Counted from the first letter of the stretch, positions 16,004 through 27,349 are shown. The stretch: 64,000 nt of DNA from an uncultured Chloroflexia bacterium (GCA_963779905.1 CAWAAF010000004.1:43473-107472); one strand, 5' to 3'. A program made the numbers and translations. Notes: generated from the letters alone by a model not told the origin.

Positions 16004-17198
16004 ATGAAGCGAAGCCTTGTATTTGCTCTGGCGATCGCAGGCCTGCTGGTCGGGCTGGCGCCAGTCTCCGTCATGGCCGAAGGTGGCCTGACGATCTCGA
16101 CCCCGTTCCCGGCGGTCACCGTCGATCCTGGCGGCACCGCCAAGTTCGACGTCACGTTCAGCACGCTCACACCACAGCGCGTTGACATCACCGTCACCGG
16201 CACGCCCGACGGCTGGACCTCGCGCATGCGCGGCGGCGGCTCGACCATCAGCGCCGTCACCACCAGCTCGACGCCGGTAGGTACCGCCGCCGCGCCGGCC
16301 AACCCGACGGCGACTGCTTCGCTCGAGGTGGCGCTGCCTGAGGAGGTCGCCGCGAACACCTATCAGGTCACCGTCCAGGGCCGCAGCGCTACGGGCATTA
16401 CCGCGTCGCTGACCGTCGACCTGACCGTCCTTGGTGCCAATGTCGGCTCGGTGACGGGCACTGCCCAGCAGCCCCTGCTGCAGGGCAAGGCGGGCACCAA
16501 CTTCACGTTCGATGTCGCGATGAAGAACGACACGAACCAGGAGATCTCGTTCGCGCTCGACGTACAGGGACCGTCCGACTGGACCGTGACCGCCATCCCG
16601 TCCGGCGAGGCGCAGGCGGCGACCCTCGTCGTCGCGGCCGGCGCGACCGGCCACGTCACGGTCACGGCCAATTCGCCGTCCACCGCGGAGGCGTCCGACT
16701 ACCCCATAGTGCTGACCGCCACGGGCGGCCCGCAGCCGGTCGAGGTCGACCTGGGCGTGACCATTACCGGCTCGTACTCGCTGACGCTCGACACGCAGGA
16801 CAGCCGGCTGAACGCGAGTGCCACGATCGGCCAGGACACCACGCTTAACCTGGTTGTCACGAACACGGGCACTGCGCCGCTGAGCGCCGTCACCGTCACC
16901 TCGTCGCCGCCGCAGGGCTGGACGGTCACGTTCGCGCCCGATGGCTTGACCAACCTCGCACCCCAAACGCCGACGACCGTCGTCGCCACCATCCATCCGG
17001 CCGATACCGCTGTCGCCGGCGACTACGCCATCACCTTCCGCGCCAACAGCACGGGCGCCAGCCAGACCGCCTCCGACTCGGTCGACGTCCGGACCACCGT
17101 CCAGACGTCGCCCATCTGGGGTTTCGTCGGTATCGGCATCATCGTGCTGGTCGTCGTCGGGCCTGTTCCTGGTCTTCCGGCAATATGGCCGTCGTTGA
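16004..17198 (+). pseudogene. Cell-surface NEW3/COG1470-type repeat protein with signal peptide and C-terminal TM anchor; single slip 38 nt before the stop
   Basis: It starts MKRSLVFALAIAGLLVGLAPVSVMA, followed by Thr/Val-rich beta repeats with ...DGWT/QGWTVT... motifs. After the GGG run at 17159-17161 the frame that gives ...GIGIIVLVVVG-LFLVFRQYGRR* (stop 17196-17198) is one nucleotide off. As assembled, the ORF reads on to 17326 as junk across the next gene. Confidence 0.65.
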
Positions 17199-18194
17199 GC
17201 CGGAGACGGCTCCCGTCAGCGACAAGCCGGAGACACCAACCCGGCCGGCCGACACGGTCGCCATCCACACCCGCAGCCTTACCAAGCAGTACGGCGATTT
17301 CACGGCGGTCGACTCGCTCGACCTGACCGTCAACCAGGGCGAGGTCTTCGGCCTGCTCGGGCCCAACGGCGCCGGCAAGACGACGACCATCCTGATGCTG
17401 CTCGGCCTGTCCGAGCCCTCGAGCGGCACGGCCCGCGTGCTGGGCATGGATCCCATGCGCAGTCCGCTCGAGATCAAGCGGCGGGTGGGCTACCTGCCGG
17501 ATGCGGTCGGTTTCTACGGCGGCATGACCGGCCGCGAAAACCTGCGCTACACGTGCCGCCTCAACGGCGTGGCACGCGACGAGACCGAGGATCGCATCGA
17601 CAACATGCTCTACCGCGTTGGCCTGGCCGACGCGGGCGATCAGGCTGTGGGCGAGTACTCGCGCGGCATGAAACAACGCCTTGGCCTGGCCGACGCCCTG
17701 GTCAAGGAGCCGCTCATCGTCATCCTCGACGAGCCGACGACGGCGATCGACCCGACCGGCGTGGTGGAGATCCTCGACCTCATTCGCGAGATGGCCGATT
17801 CGGGGGTGGCGGTGCTGCTTTCCAGCCACCTGTTGCACCAGGTCCAGCAGGTCTGCGACCGGGTGGGCATCTTCGTCCGCGGCAAGATGGTCGCCTTGGG
17901 CCAGCCCGAGGAGTTGGCCCACCGCAGTGGGCTCTGGACCGATCGAGATCGAGGTCATCCCGGGGCCACCGCTCGAACACCGCTCGCGACGTGATCGCCA
18001 AGGTGCCCGGTGTGCGCGCCGTCAATCCGGATCGCCACGATCCGGCGATGCTCGTCGTGACCGCCGACCGCGACGTCCGTGCCGAGCTGTCGCGCGCGCT
18101 GGCCACGGCCGGCCAGCCGGCCATCCACCTGCGCCGCCGCGGTGATGAGCTCGACGAGGTCTATCGCCGCTACTTCGAAGGAGCCAGCGCATGA
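17185..18194 (+). pseudogene. ABC transporter ATP-binding protein (ABC-2/DrrA-like), slips near 17940-18000
   Basis: Walker A is [13 protein letters not shown], the signature is YSRGMKQRLGLA and Walker B is IVILDEPTTAID. The C-terminal domain ...AVNPDRHDPAMLVVTADRDVRAELSRALATAGQPAIHLRRRGDELDEVYRRYFEGASA* lies in ORF 17553..18194. Confidence 0.85.
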
Positions 18195-19286
18195 CCGGCG
18201 CAACCGATGCTCAGAGCGTTCGCCGCACTCGCCGCAAGAACCGCGACCGCAACCAGCAGCCGCGTCAGAAGGTCCAGTACACGGAGCTTGACCCGGCCGT
18301 CAGGGCGCCGCGCCACGGCTGGATGATCGTTGCGCGCAAGGAGTTCGCCGACCTCATCCTCAGCTTCCGCTTCCTGATCGTCATCGGCATCCTCGGCCTG
18401 GCCGCCGGCGCAGCCGTCTATGCAACGGCCGGCCAGCTGCGCCAGCCCGGCATCACCGACGCGGCAAGCAAGGTGCCGTCACTGTTCCTGATCCTGTTCG
18501 CGCCGCCCTCCAGCGTCGCGCCGGCGAACCTGCCCTCGTTCATCTTCCTGTTCTCGTTCCTGGGCCCGCTGCTGGGCATTGCGCTTGGCTTCGACGCCAT
18601 CGCCGGCGAGCGCGCCGACGGCACACTGCCGCGCCTGCTGTCGCAGCCAATACACCGCGACGATGTGATCAACGGCAAGTTCGTTGCCGGCCTGGCGGTC
18701 GTCGGCCTCGCGTTCGGCGCGATCATGCTGATCATGGCTGCCGTCGGCATCCTCCAGCTCGGCATCATCCCCAACCCCGAATCGATCCTGCGGCTGATGA
18801 TCTGGTGGGTTGTATCCATCGTGTACGTCGGCTTCTGGCTCGCCTTTGCGCTGCTCTGTTCCGTCCTGCTGCGGCGGGCGGCTGCGTCGGCGCTGGCGTC
18901 GATTGCCGTGTGGCTGGTCCTGACGCTGTTTGCGTTCGTACTGGTCGGCATCGTCGCCGGGTTCCTTGCACCCGCGCCAACCGACGCGTCACAGGCGCAG
19001 ACCATCGCCAACCTCAACATGCAGGAGCTGTTGTCCCGGCTTTCGCCGAGCACGCTCTTTACCGAGTCGACGCAGGTCATCCTCGACCCAAGCGTCCGGA
19101 CTCTCAGCTACGTCACGACAGGTGCTGCAGTTGCAGAATCCATCGAGCGGTGCCATTCCGACGCTGATGACGGTTGACCAGAGCCTGCTCGTCATCTGGC
19201 CGCAGGTGGTGGCCCTCATCGCGCTGACGGTGATCGCCTTCGCCGGCGCCTACATCGCCTTCATGCGCCAGGAGGTTCGCGCCTAA
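18191..19286 (+). pseudogene. ABC-2-type permease (NosY/COG1277-like), one slip near 19150
   Basis: A six-TM hydrophobic profile follows RHGWMIVARKEFADLILSFRFLIVIGILGL. The ATGA start overlaps the ATPase stop. The last helix (LLVIWPQVVALIALTVIAFAGAYIAFMRQEVRA*) is in ORF 18930..19286. Confidence 0.7.
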
Positions 19287-19350
19287 TCGGACGTCGCGGC
19301 AGGCTTTCCTCCGCAGGTGGTCCGACTTTCGCTTGCGTTATGCTCCGGCC

Positions 19351-19716
19351 ATGAAGGGCGATCGCGTCGAAGCGGTGGTCGATACCGGCACCGGCGGCAC
19401 GCAGACGTTCGAGATCGTGGCCACCCGCGCCGGGCGGCGCATCGAGATAACCACCGCGCGCGGCATTGTCGAGGTCACCGAGGTGACCCGCTCGGGTAAT
19501 CCCGTCCGCGCCGGCCGGTTCATGGCCAATCGCCTCATCGCGCTGGTCGAGCATCCCGCCATCGAGGGCAACGGCGCTCGCGTCGACGTCGAGACGACGC
19601 GGCGCATGGGCACGGATCCGGATGGCCGCCGGACACGAGCGCGGCGTGACGCCGCACCGACCGAGACGCCGCGACAACTGACCGTACTGGGTGACGACTC
19701 GGGCGATAGCGCCTAG
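19351..19716 (+). CDS. Hypothetical small soluble protein, intact
   Basis: ORF 19333..19716; I prefer the Met at 19351 (MKGDRVEAVVDTGTGGTQTFEIVATRAGRRIEITTARGIVEVTEV...). It has a beta-rich N-terminal half and a basic, disordered tail. I recognise no family. Confidence 0.4.
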   Translation: MKGDRVEAVVDTGTGGTQTFEIVATRAGRRIEITTARGIVEVTEVTRSGNPVRAGRFMANRLIALVEHPAIEGNGARVDVETTRRMGTDPDGRRTRARRDAAPTETPRQLTVLGDDSGDSA

Positions 19717-19820
19717 CGATCACAGCCGGCATCCGGCCAGTTCCCAGAGTTCTCACAGCGTGGCAGACCACGATCGCGCCTGCGCGAACGTGCTGCGACT
19801 GTGTCTGGAGGCTCCGTCGG

Positions 19821-21267
19821 ATGAAGCTTCGCCTGCTGGGCGTAGTCGGTCTGTTGTTAGTGGGCGTGCTGGCGGTGGTCATTGCCGTTTTCGGGCCGGC
19901 CCTGGGTAGCTCCAACGCCACTCAATACGTGACCTCACGCGCGACGGTCACGGACGTTGTCAAGGACGTCGTCGCCAGCGGCACGCTGGCCGCGCAAACC
20001 ACCTACGGACTCAATTTCGGTAGCGACCCGCGCATCGTGAGCTCGAGTGATTCGGCCTCGTCAGGCGGCGGCTCCGGCACTTGGCTCGTGAAGTCGATAG
20101 CCGTCAGCGTCGGCCAGAACGTCAAGGCCGGTGACGTGCTCGCCACCGCCGACAGCTCTTCGGCCGAGGACTCCCTTGCTCTGGCCCAAGCCAACCTGGC
20201 TGTCGCCCAGTCCAAGTACGACACAGACTCAGGCGGCACCAGCGCCAGCGATCGCGAACAGCTCCAGATCGCGCTGACCCAGGCACAGCAGGGCGTCACG
20301 GACGCCACCTCGTCGCGCGACGACACGGTCAATCAGAACAACATCAAGCTGAGCCAGGCGAGGGCGAACCTGCGCCAGGCCAGGCGCAGCGGCAACCAGA
20401 CGGCAATTTCCCAGGCTCAGGACGCCCTCGATCTGCTGCAGGCCCAGGTCGATGCCGAGAACCGCCAGGCAAAGCAGCAAGTCGAGACCGCCAAGCTGCA
20501 GCTGCAATCTGCGCAGAACAACTTCGACAGCGGCACGGCACCGGTCGACGAAGCGGCCTTGCCGGCGATAAGGCGTCGCTGCTTGCAGGCGCAGCAGGCC
20601 GTGAACACGGCGCAGCAGCAGGTCGACGCGGCCACGCTCAAGGCCAACGCCGACGGCATCGTGGTGGCGGTCAACGTCGTGGCCGGTGCGCTCGCACCGA
20701 GCTCCGACGCCGCTCCAGCTGCGGACGGTCGAGATGACTGTCAACGCCGATGTCGCCGAGGCCGACCTGCCCAGCATCGCGCTCAACCAGTCGGCCAACG
20801 TCACGGTGACGGCGACCGGCGACCAGCTGACCGGCACGGTCAGCGCCATCGCGCCGTCGGCTTCGACGGCGAGTGGGACGAGCGTGGTCAGCTACGCGGT
20901 CACGATCGACCTGCCAAACGTGCCTGACAGCGTCCGGCCGGGCATGAGCGCACAGGTCGCCGTAACCACCGCCGCCGCGCGCAACGTGCTGGCGGTCCCG
21001 GCAATCGCGCTCAATGGCGCCGCCGGCAACTACACCGTCCGCGTGCTCGGCGCCAACGGGGCGGTCGAGGTGCGGCCGGTCCAGGTCGGCCTGGTGACCT
21101 CCAGCCTGGCCGAAATCCAGGGCGGCCTGGCCGAAGGCGACACGGTCGTCACAGGCACCACGTCGTCGCTCAACCAGAGCCAGCGGCAACGGCCTCGCGC
21201 GGCGGCGGAGCGTTTCCGGGAGGCGGAACGCGCTTCGGCAACGGCGGTGGCGGCCCGACCGTCGTGA
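19821..21267 (+). pseudogene. HlyD/MacA-type periplasmic adaptor (membrane fusion) protein, about two frameshifts as assembled
   Basis: There is an N-terminal TM helix. A lipoyl-like hairpin follows (LVKSIAVSVGQNVKAGDVLATAD), then a long coiled coil (QARANLRQARRSG...QLQSAQNNF). The beta-barrel and MP domains read TVEMTVNADVAEADLPSI...VSYAVTIDLPNVPDSVRPGMSAQVAV...AEGDTVV (ORF 20686..21267). Confidence 0.8.
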
Positions 21268-21274
21268 CCAATCC

Positions 21275-21955
21275 ATGAGCGCCGCTGTCGTCGAGCTGGA
21301 AAATGTCGGCCGCGTCTACAGCAACGGTCGCCTGGAGGTTGCCGCGCTGAAGGGCGTCGACGTCAGGGTCGAGCAGGGTGAGTTCGTCGCCGTCGTCGGT
21401 CCGTCGGGCTCGGGCAAGTCGACGCTCATGCACATCATCGGCTGCCTCGACCGTCCCACTTCGGGCAGCTACAGGCTCACCGGCCGGGCGGTGGACGGCC
21501 TCGATGACGACCAGCTGGCGGCGGTAAGGAACCGCTTCATCGGCTTCGTTTTCCAGTCATTCAATCTTCTGCCGCGCACGTCCGCGGTCGACAACGTCGC
21601 CACGCCGCTGATGTACCAGGGCGTGCGGCGGGGGGAGCGGCAGAAGCGCGCCGAGGCGGCGCTGGACAGGCTGGGTCTCGCCGATCGGCTGGATCATGAA
21701 CCGTCCGAACTGTCGGGCGGCGAACAGCAGCGCGTCGCAATTGCGCGGGCGCTCGTGACCGAACCCTCGTTGATTCTGGCCGACGAGCCAACCGGCAACC
21801 TCGACTCGGCCGCCGGCGGCGAGGTCATGAAGCTGCTCAAGGCGCTCAATGGCGAAGGCAAGACGATCATCCTGATCACTCACGACGCCGGTGTCGCCGC
21901 ACAGGCGCAGCGCCAGATCCACCTGCGCGACGGCCGCCTGGCGGCGGCCGCCTGA
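21275..21955 (+). CDS. MacB/LolD-type ABC ATP-binding protein, intact
   Basis: 226 aa. Walker A is [10 protein letters not shown], the Q-loop is [10 protein letters not shown], the signature is [15 protein letters not shown] and Walker B is [12 protein letters not shown]. Confidence 0.9.
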   Translation: MSAAVVELENVGRVYSNGRLEVAALKGVDVRVEQGEFVAVVGPSGSGKSTLMHIIGCLDRPTSGSYRLTGRAVDGLDDDQLAAVRNRFIGFVFQSFNLLPRTSAVDNVATPLMYQGVRRGERQKRAEAALDRLGLADRLDHEPSELSGGEQQRVAIARALVTEPSLILADEPTGNLDSAAGGEVMKLLKALNGEGKTIILITHDAGVAAQAQRQIHLRDGRLAAAA

Positions 21956-21972
21956 CGCAGCGCCGCTAAGGG

Positions 21973-23184
21973 ATGGGCATCCGCGAGCTGGCTCGGCTGG
22001 CTCTGAGCCGGCTGGGTACCAACCGACTGCGTGCCTTCCTGACCATGCTCGGCGTAATCATCGGCGTGGCGTCGGTGGTCGCGCTGGTGGGCGTGGGCCA
22101 GGGTGCGACATCCGGCATCACCAGCCGCATCGCCGCGCTGGGCACGAACCTGCTCACGATCAACCCGGGCGGATCATTCACCGGCCTGACGCGCGGCGCA
22201 GCCGGCTCGAGCGGAACCTTGACCCTGGCCGATGCGCAGGCCATTGCCGGCGTAAACGGCGTCGCCGCCGTCGCCCCGCAGATCACCGGCCAGGCACTGG
22301 TCATCGCCGGCACCAAGAACACCACGACATCGCTCGTTGGCACGACCGCTGACTACGCCGTCGTGCGCAACGAGACGGTCTGGCAGGGCTGCGTTCCTCA
22401 ACGAGGCGGCCGTCGACAGCAACCTGCACGTGGCCGTCCTGGGCTACACCACGGCGACCGACCTCGGCCTCGACAGCACGTCGGTCGGCAAGATCGATCA
22501 CCGTCGACGGACTTGCCGTTCACCCTTGTCGGCATCCTGCAGCCCAAGGGCAGCATCGGGCCGTTCAGCCAGGACGACGCCATCTACCTGCCGTTGAGCG
22601 TGGTCCAGCGCCAGTTCGTCGGCGGCAGCAGCGTCCGCTCGATCTCGATCAGCGTGGCGTCGCGCGAACAGATCCCGGCAACCCAGGCGGCGATCACGGC
22701 GCTGCTGCGCCAGCGCCACGGCACGACCGCCACGACCGACGACTTCACGATCTCGAGCCAGGCTCAGATCCTCGACACCTTCAGTTCGATCTCCGGCCTG
22801 CTGTCGCTGCTGCTGGCCGGCATCGCCGCCATCTCCCTGGTGGTGGGCGGCATCGGGATCATGAACATCATGCTCGTGTCGGTCCGCGAGCGAACGCGCG
22901 AGATCGGCATCCGTAAGGCCATCGGCGCGCGCGGTCGTGACATCCTCGCCCAGTTCCTGATCGAAGCCACGACGCTGTCCGTCATCGGCGGCCTGATCGG
23001 TATCGCCATTGGCGCGGTCATCTCCGCGCTCATCGGCGCGATCGCTGGCTGGGGCTTCCAGTTCAGCCTGCTGACAGTCGCGGCGGCCCTCACCTTCTCG
23101 ATCTTCGTCGGCATCGTCTTCGGCGTCTGGCCGGCGCGGCAGGCCGCTCGGCTCGACCCAATAACTGCACTGCGCTACGAGTAG
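21973..23184 (+). pseudogene. MacB/FtsX-family ABC permease, two frameshifts (about 22390 and 22500)
   Basis: The N-terminus reads MGIRELARLALSRLGTNRLRAFLTMLGVIIGVASVV. The C-terminal FtsX domain reads LLLAGIAAISLVVGGIGIMNIMLVSVRERTREIGIRKAIGARGRDIL...VWPARQAARLDPITALRYE*. Confidence 0.85.
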
Positions 23185-23303
23185 GAGAAACGAAACCGTG
23201 ACGGATCCTGCAGTCCGAGAGCCAGCCCGCCGAGGCGCCACATTTCGAAACGCCGACGCCTCGAGCCGGCGCCGGCTGCCCTGCCGCCGATGCCCGATGC
23301 GCG

Positions 23304-23822
23304 GTGGCAAAGAAGTCAAGCCGCGGCGGCACCATCGCGCTGCTGGTGGCGGGCTTCATCGCGGCTGCGGGTCTCGCGTTCGCCGCGGGTCGCTTGACCG
23401 CGCCGGCGGCCGCCGCAAGCACGCACCGACGGGCCAACCGGCGGCTTCCGATTTGGACCCGGCCGATCACTCGCGCCAGGTCAGACCTTCCCAACCGGCG
23501 GGCAGTTCGGTGGCGGTCGCGCCTTCGCCGGCGGCCTGACCCTGCGCGGCGAGGTCACGGCAATCAAAACCGACTCGATCACGGTCAAGCTCGACGATGG
23601 GACATCGGTACAGATCCCGCTCAACGGCAGCACGACCTTCCACCAGGCGACCAGCAGTTCTGGCGAGGACGTGGCGGTGGGTGACAAAGTCGCTGTGCAG
23701 GCCGGCGCGCCGACGATCACAGACGGTGGCCCAGGCTCATCACCCGCCGCGTCACCGGGCGCCGGCGTCGTGGGCAGTTCCGACTCGGCCCGGCCGCCGA
23801 CGTGACCGTCATCCAAAACTGA
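23304..23822 (+). pseudogene. Secreted/anchored hypothetical protein (DUF5666-like small beta domain?), frameshifted as assembled
   Basis: A signal-anchor is present (MAKKSSRGGTIALLVAGFIAAAGLAFAAG). A later piece in another frame reads GLTLRGEVTAIKTDSITVKLDDGTSVQIPLNGSTTFHQATSSSGEDVAVGDKVAVQAG. The family assignment is from memory only and the 3' end is uncertain. Confidence 0.4.
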
Positions 23823-23854
23823 AAGGGACTTGCCGTAGAGTCGCCGAGATCCGC

Positions 23855-24487
23855 CTAGATCGAAGGTCTCAGCCTGCGCGGTCGCTCGTGATCTGAGTCG
23901 CTCTCGACCAACTCCCAGCGCGGCAGTGGCTGGCCCAGCGTCAGCCCGTCGTCGGCCAGGATGCCGATCACGCGGCGGATCAGGTCGCGCCGTTCATTGC
24001 GCTCCGACGGCGCGGCCTCATCGACGAGCGCGGAAAGACGCTGCTCAACGAGTGCCTTGGCAATCAATGGATCCGACGATGCGCGCGCCTTCTTGACCAG
24101 TTCGTCGCCGTCCGCCGCTCCGGCCCGTTCGACGGCCTGGATCAGGCGCCGAACCTCCGCCTGTTCGGCCTCAGGCAGGCGGTCGATCCACGTCTTGGGC
24201 GGCGGCGGAGGCTCAGTCGTCGGCGGCTTTCGCGGCCGCGGCTTGGGTCCGCTCAGCTGAACGACCTTGCGCGCCTGCGGGATCTCGTCGCGCACTTCCT
24301 TCAGCGTCGCGAAGGGCCCGTGCAGCAGCTCCTGGCCCAACTCGTTGGTGCGTTCGAGGTCGACCAGGTACCAACCAACGCCGGCCTGGCGAAGCTCGAA
24401 GCGGCCATCCTCAGTGCGGTACGTTCCTGCCGACTGACGAACGACGCGGTCCGGATCAGGTGGCTGTTCCGCCTTCTTCTTGGCCAT
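23855..24487 (-). CDS. Hypothetical protein, intact (210 aa), two domains joined by a Pro-rich linker
   Basis: The ORF is uninterrupted. The N-terminal part reads YRTEDGRFELRQAGVGWYLVDLERTNELGQELLHGPFATLKEVRDEI. The linker is PKPRPRKPPTTEPPPPPK. The C-terminal half is helical. I recognise no family. Confidence 0.5.
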   Translation of the reverse strand: MAKKKAEQPPDPDRVVRQSAGTYRTEDGRFELRQAGVGWYLVDLERTNELGQELLHGPFATLKEVRDEIPQARKVVQLSGPKPRPRKPPTTEPPPPPKTWIDRLPEAEQAEVRRLIQAVERAGAADGDELVKKARASSDPLIAKALVEQRLSALVDEAAPSERNERRDLIRRVIGILADDGLTLGQPLPRWELVESDSDHERPRRLRPSI

Positions 24488-25937
24488 CCGGCGACGTTAC
24501 CTGCGGTTGTTCGCCTCCGCAATCGAGGCGCAAACTGATCGCGTGAGGGGCACGTCATCCCGCAGCCTGGTGGCGCTTTGCGTAATGGTCGGCGGTTTGG
24601 CTGCGGTGCCGATTGTCGTGCCTTATCCGGAATGGACGGTGGTTCCGTGGTTGCTGGTTGGTGCGATCGGCGGCGTAATTGCGGGTCGAGCGTCACGGGT
24701 CGCGCTGGCCTGGCTGGCAGCCCTGGTTGGCGTCCGCTCATTCTGGCCGTGCGCGAAGTTGGCCTGTACGGACAACTGCTCGTGGTCGGCGTGCCCTTCG
24801 CGATCGCCCTCGTGGCGATTCTCGCGAGTATTGGTTTCATCGCAGGCAGTGTGCTCGTTACGCGCCGGCAGACCCTGCCCCTCCTGCGTGAGGCTTGGCG
24901 GGCCACATCGCGACCTTGGCGCTGGCTGCTGGCGACGAGCATCGCCTTCGTCCTGATCGCGGTCACGGCCTTCTCGCTGTATGTCGGCGCCAACGGTGCG
25001 CGGACTTGGGTTGAGGGTGGCGTCAACGCCGATTGCCGCACGCCGGCGGCGCTCGGCTGGACCTACGAATCCATCAATTACGACCAACGCGACGACGCGA
25101 CGCTCAACTGGCGGCAGAAGGCAGCCGCCGACGGGACGCTCCACTGGGACTGCGACAGCCAGGGCGCTTACGCCGGCGATGAAGTTGTTACCACCGACGG
25201 AGTCCCCATCGCCGGTTGGTACATCCCGTCCGCGACGAACCCCGATCCCGTCGGTCCGACGGTGGTAATCGTCCCCGGCGCAAAGTCGAACAAGAGCGCG
25301 ATGCTCGAGTATGCCGCGCCGATCCATGAGCAATTCAACGTGGTCATGCTCGACGACCGCGGCATGGGTCGCAGCCGACCGGGGACGTTTGCACTGGGCC
25401 TGCGCGAGCATCTCGATGTTGAGGCGATCATCGATTGGCTGGAGCGATCGAAGCACCCTCGCTGGGTTGCCGCGCTGGGTGATTCGCTCGGCGCCAGACG
25501 TCGCTGGCGGCGGCGGCCGAGGACCCGCGCATCCGCGCGCTGGTGCTCGACTCGATGCACGCCGAGGCGATGTTCGCTGCTGGCAACATCATGCAGACCG
25601 AATACGGACTGCCGCCTTGCCCGGAGCGCTGGCGATCGTCGGTTTTGCCTCACTCGACCTTCATGGCGACGTCGCCGCCAACGACCCGCTCGCGACCATC
25701 ACCAGGCTGCACTCCATACCTGTTCTGCTGATCCACGGTACCGACGACCAGATCGACGTGCCGCCGTTCAGCGTCGCCCTGGTCGCCAGTGCCGCGAAAG
25801 CCGCCGGCCTGCCGGTCGAGCTTCATTGGTGCGACGGCGGCCGGCACGGCTCACTCGTCACGCAATGCGCGGCCGACTGGGCGAAGTGGACGAACGACTT
25901 CCTGGCCCGCGCTGCTTCAGCTCCGCCGGGCAGTTAG
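24480..25937 (+). pseudogene. Membrane-anchored alpha/beta-hydrolase (S9/dienelactone-hydrolase-like), about three frameshifts
   Basis: Several N-terminal TM helices are present (ORFs 24480 and 24578). The hydrolase body reads PTVVIVPGAKSNKSAMLEYAAPIHEQFNVVMLDDRGMGRS, with the nucleophile elbow region AALGDSLGA, and IPVLLIHGTDDQIDVP...CDGGRHGS (ORF 25311..25937). Confidence 0.7.
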
Positions 25938-26633
25938 GCGTCTGACCGCCAGATGGCCAGGTCGTGGGCGAAACGGACCTCCACCGGCGCTGCGCCGGCG
26001 ATGCGTGGCCACCACTCAGGTAGCGGCGGGTGCTTGCCGTCGCCTTCGTTGTCGAGCTGGGCGTGATACGCCATCAGGGCGTAGTCGGAGGCTGACGGCA
26101 CGGCCTGACCAATGAGGACCACGTTGCCGTCGCCCGTCTCGACGACCAGCGACTGATGGCCGGCGGTGTGGCCCGGCGTGGGCACGACCGTGACACCCGG
26201 TGCGATTTGACGCTCGCCTTCGATCACCTGGTAGTTCGCCGTATCCAAGGCGACCGCCCAGTCGATCGCGTGGTCAGGATCGCGTGCTGCTTCGAACTCC
26301 TTACGCTGGACAAAGATGGGCAGCTCGCCCAGCCGGAAGTTGCCGCCGCCGTGGTCGACATGCAGGTGGCAGTTGGCCACGGCGTCGACCTTACCCAACG
26401 ACGACCCGATGCGGTCCAGCGCCTCGGTCAACGACCGGGGAAATGTTTCGATCGCGAGATCACCCTCGGCGTGGACCGTCGCTCCGTCCCACGGGAAGCC
26501 GCTGTCGAACAGGATCGTGCCGCCGTCGCGTCCTGATGAGGTAGGCGACGATCAGGATGCGGCTGCCGGCGTTGCGCCCGTCCGGCGCCAGGTAGTCGCC
26601 CATCACCATCGGCGTGATCGTGGTTTCGGCCAT
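25934..26633 (-). pseudogene. MBL-fold metallo-hydrolase (lactonase-like), one frameshift near 26520
   Basis: HLHVDHGGGN (HxHxDH) and PTPGHTAGHQSL are in ORF 25934..26431. The N-terminus MAETTITPMVMGDYLAPDGRNAGSRILIVAYLI is in ORF 26460..26894. Confidence 0.75.
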
Positions 26634-26914
26634 TTCGCTCAGCTTAGGGCCCGCGTCGGCACGCGTCCGCGACTGGCCCGGGTCGGCGTTGTAACGAATT
26701 TGAAATCGATGCGAGGCGTCTCCGGGCGGAAACTGGTGCCGGCGGCCCGGGCCGTTGGCGATCGAGTCGTGTCGATCACCAGCTTGGTGCGCGGATAGGG
26801 GCTCTGGGCCGGAAAGGCGACCTCGTGGTCGCGGCCAGAGAGAAGGTGAGGCCTTGCGTCGACGGCTGACAGTCTCGTTTCGACATTTCGACACGTTCCG
26901 AATCGGAGGTTGAC

Positions 26915-27349
26915 GTGGATTACAGTCACGAGCTCGACGACCTTCAGAAGCACTTGGACAAGGCTCGCGCCTCGGTCAGCGAGGCCGCGAACGAAACTCA
27001 CCAGCAGTTGAAGCAGCGCATCGATCAAGCCCAGACGGACATCGATCACGCCTCCGCCGAAGCCAAGCAGCAGGCCATGCAGGCGGGCGGTCAGGTCAAG
27101 AGCGACTGGGAGTCTTTCCGCGCCGAAGCGGCGGCCAAGGCGGCCAAGGTCAAGGCGAAGGTGGACCAGCGCAACGCGCAACTGGACGCTTCGTTCGCCG
27201 ACACCGACGCCAGTGCGGCCGAGGCTGATGCTGATGCGGCAATCAACTTCGCTGCATGGGCAGTCGATAACGCTCGACTGACCATCCTCGACGCGATCGA
27301 CGCGCGCATCTATGCCGAAGATTTGAAACGCGCCGTCCCGGTCAGCTGA
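26915..27349 (+). CDS. Hypothetical coiled-coil protein, intact (144 aa)
   Basis: GGAGG lies at 26905-26909 ahead of GTG 26915. The sequence is Ala/Lys/Gln/Asp-rich and helical, ending ...INFAAWAVDNARLTILDAIDARIYAEDLKRA. This tail recurs in uncharacterised high-GC Gram-positive proteins as far as I recall. Confidence 0.5.
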   Translation: MDYSHELDDLQKHLDKARASVSEAANETHQQLKQRIDQAQTDIDHASAEAKQQAMQAGGQVKSDWESFRAEAAAKAAKVKAKVDQRNAQLDASFADTDASAAEADADAAINFAAWAVDNARLTILDAIDARIYAEDLKRAVPVS

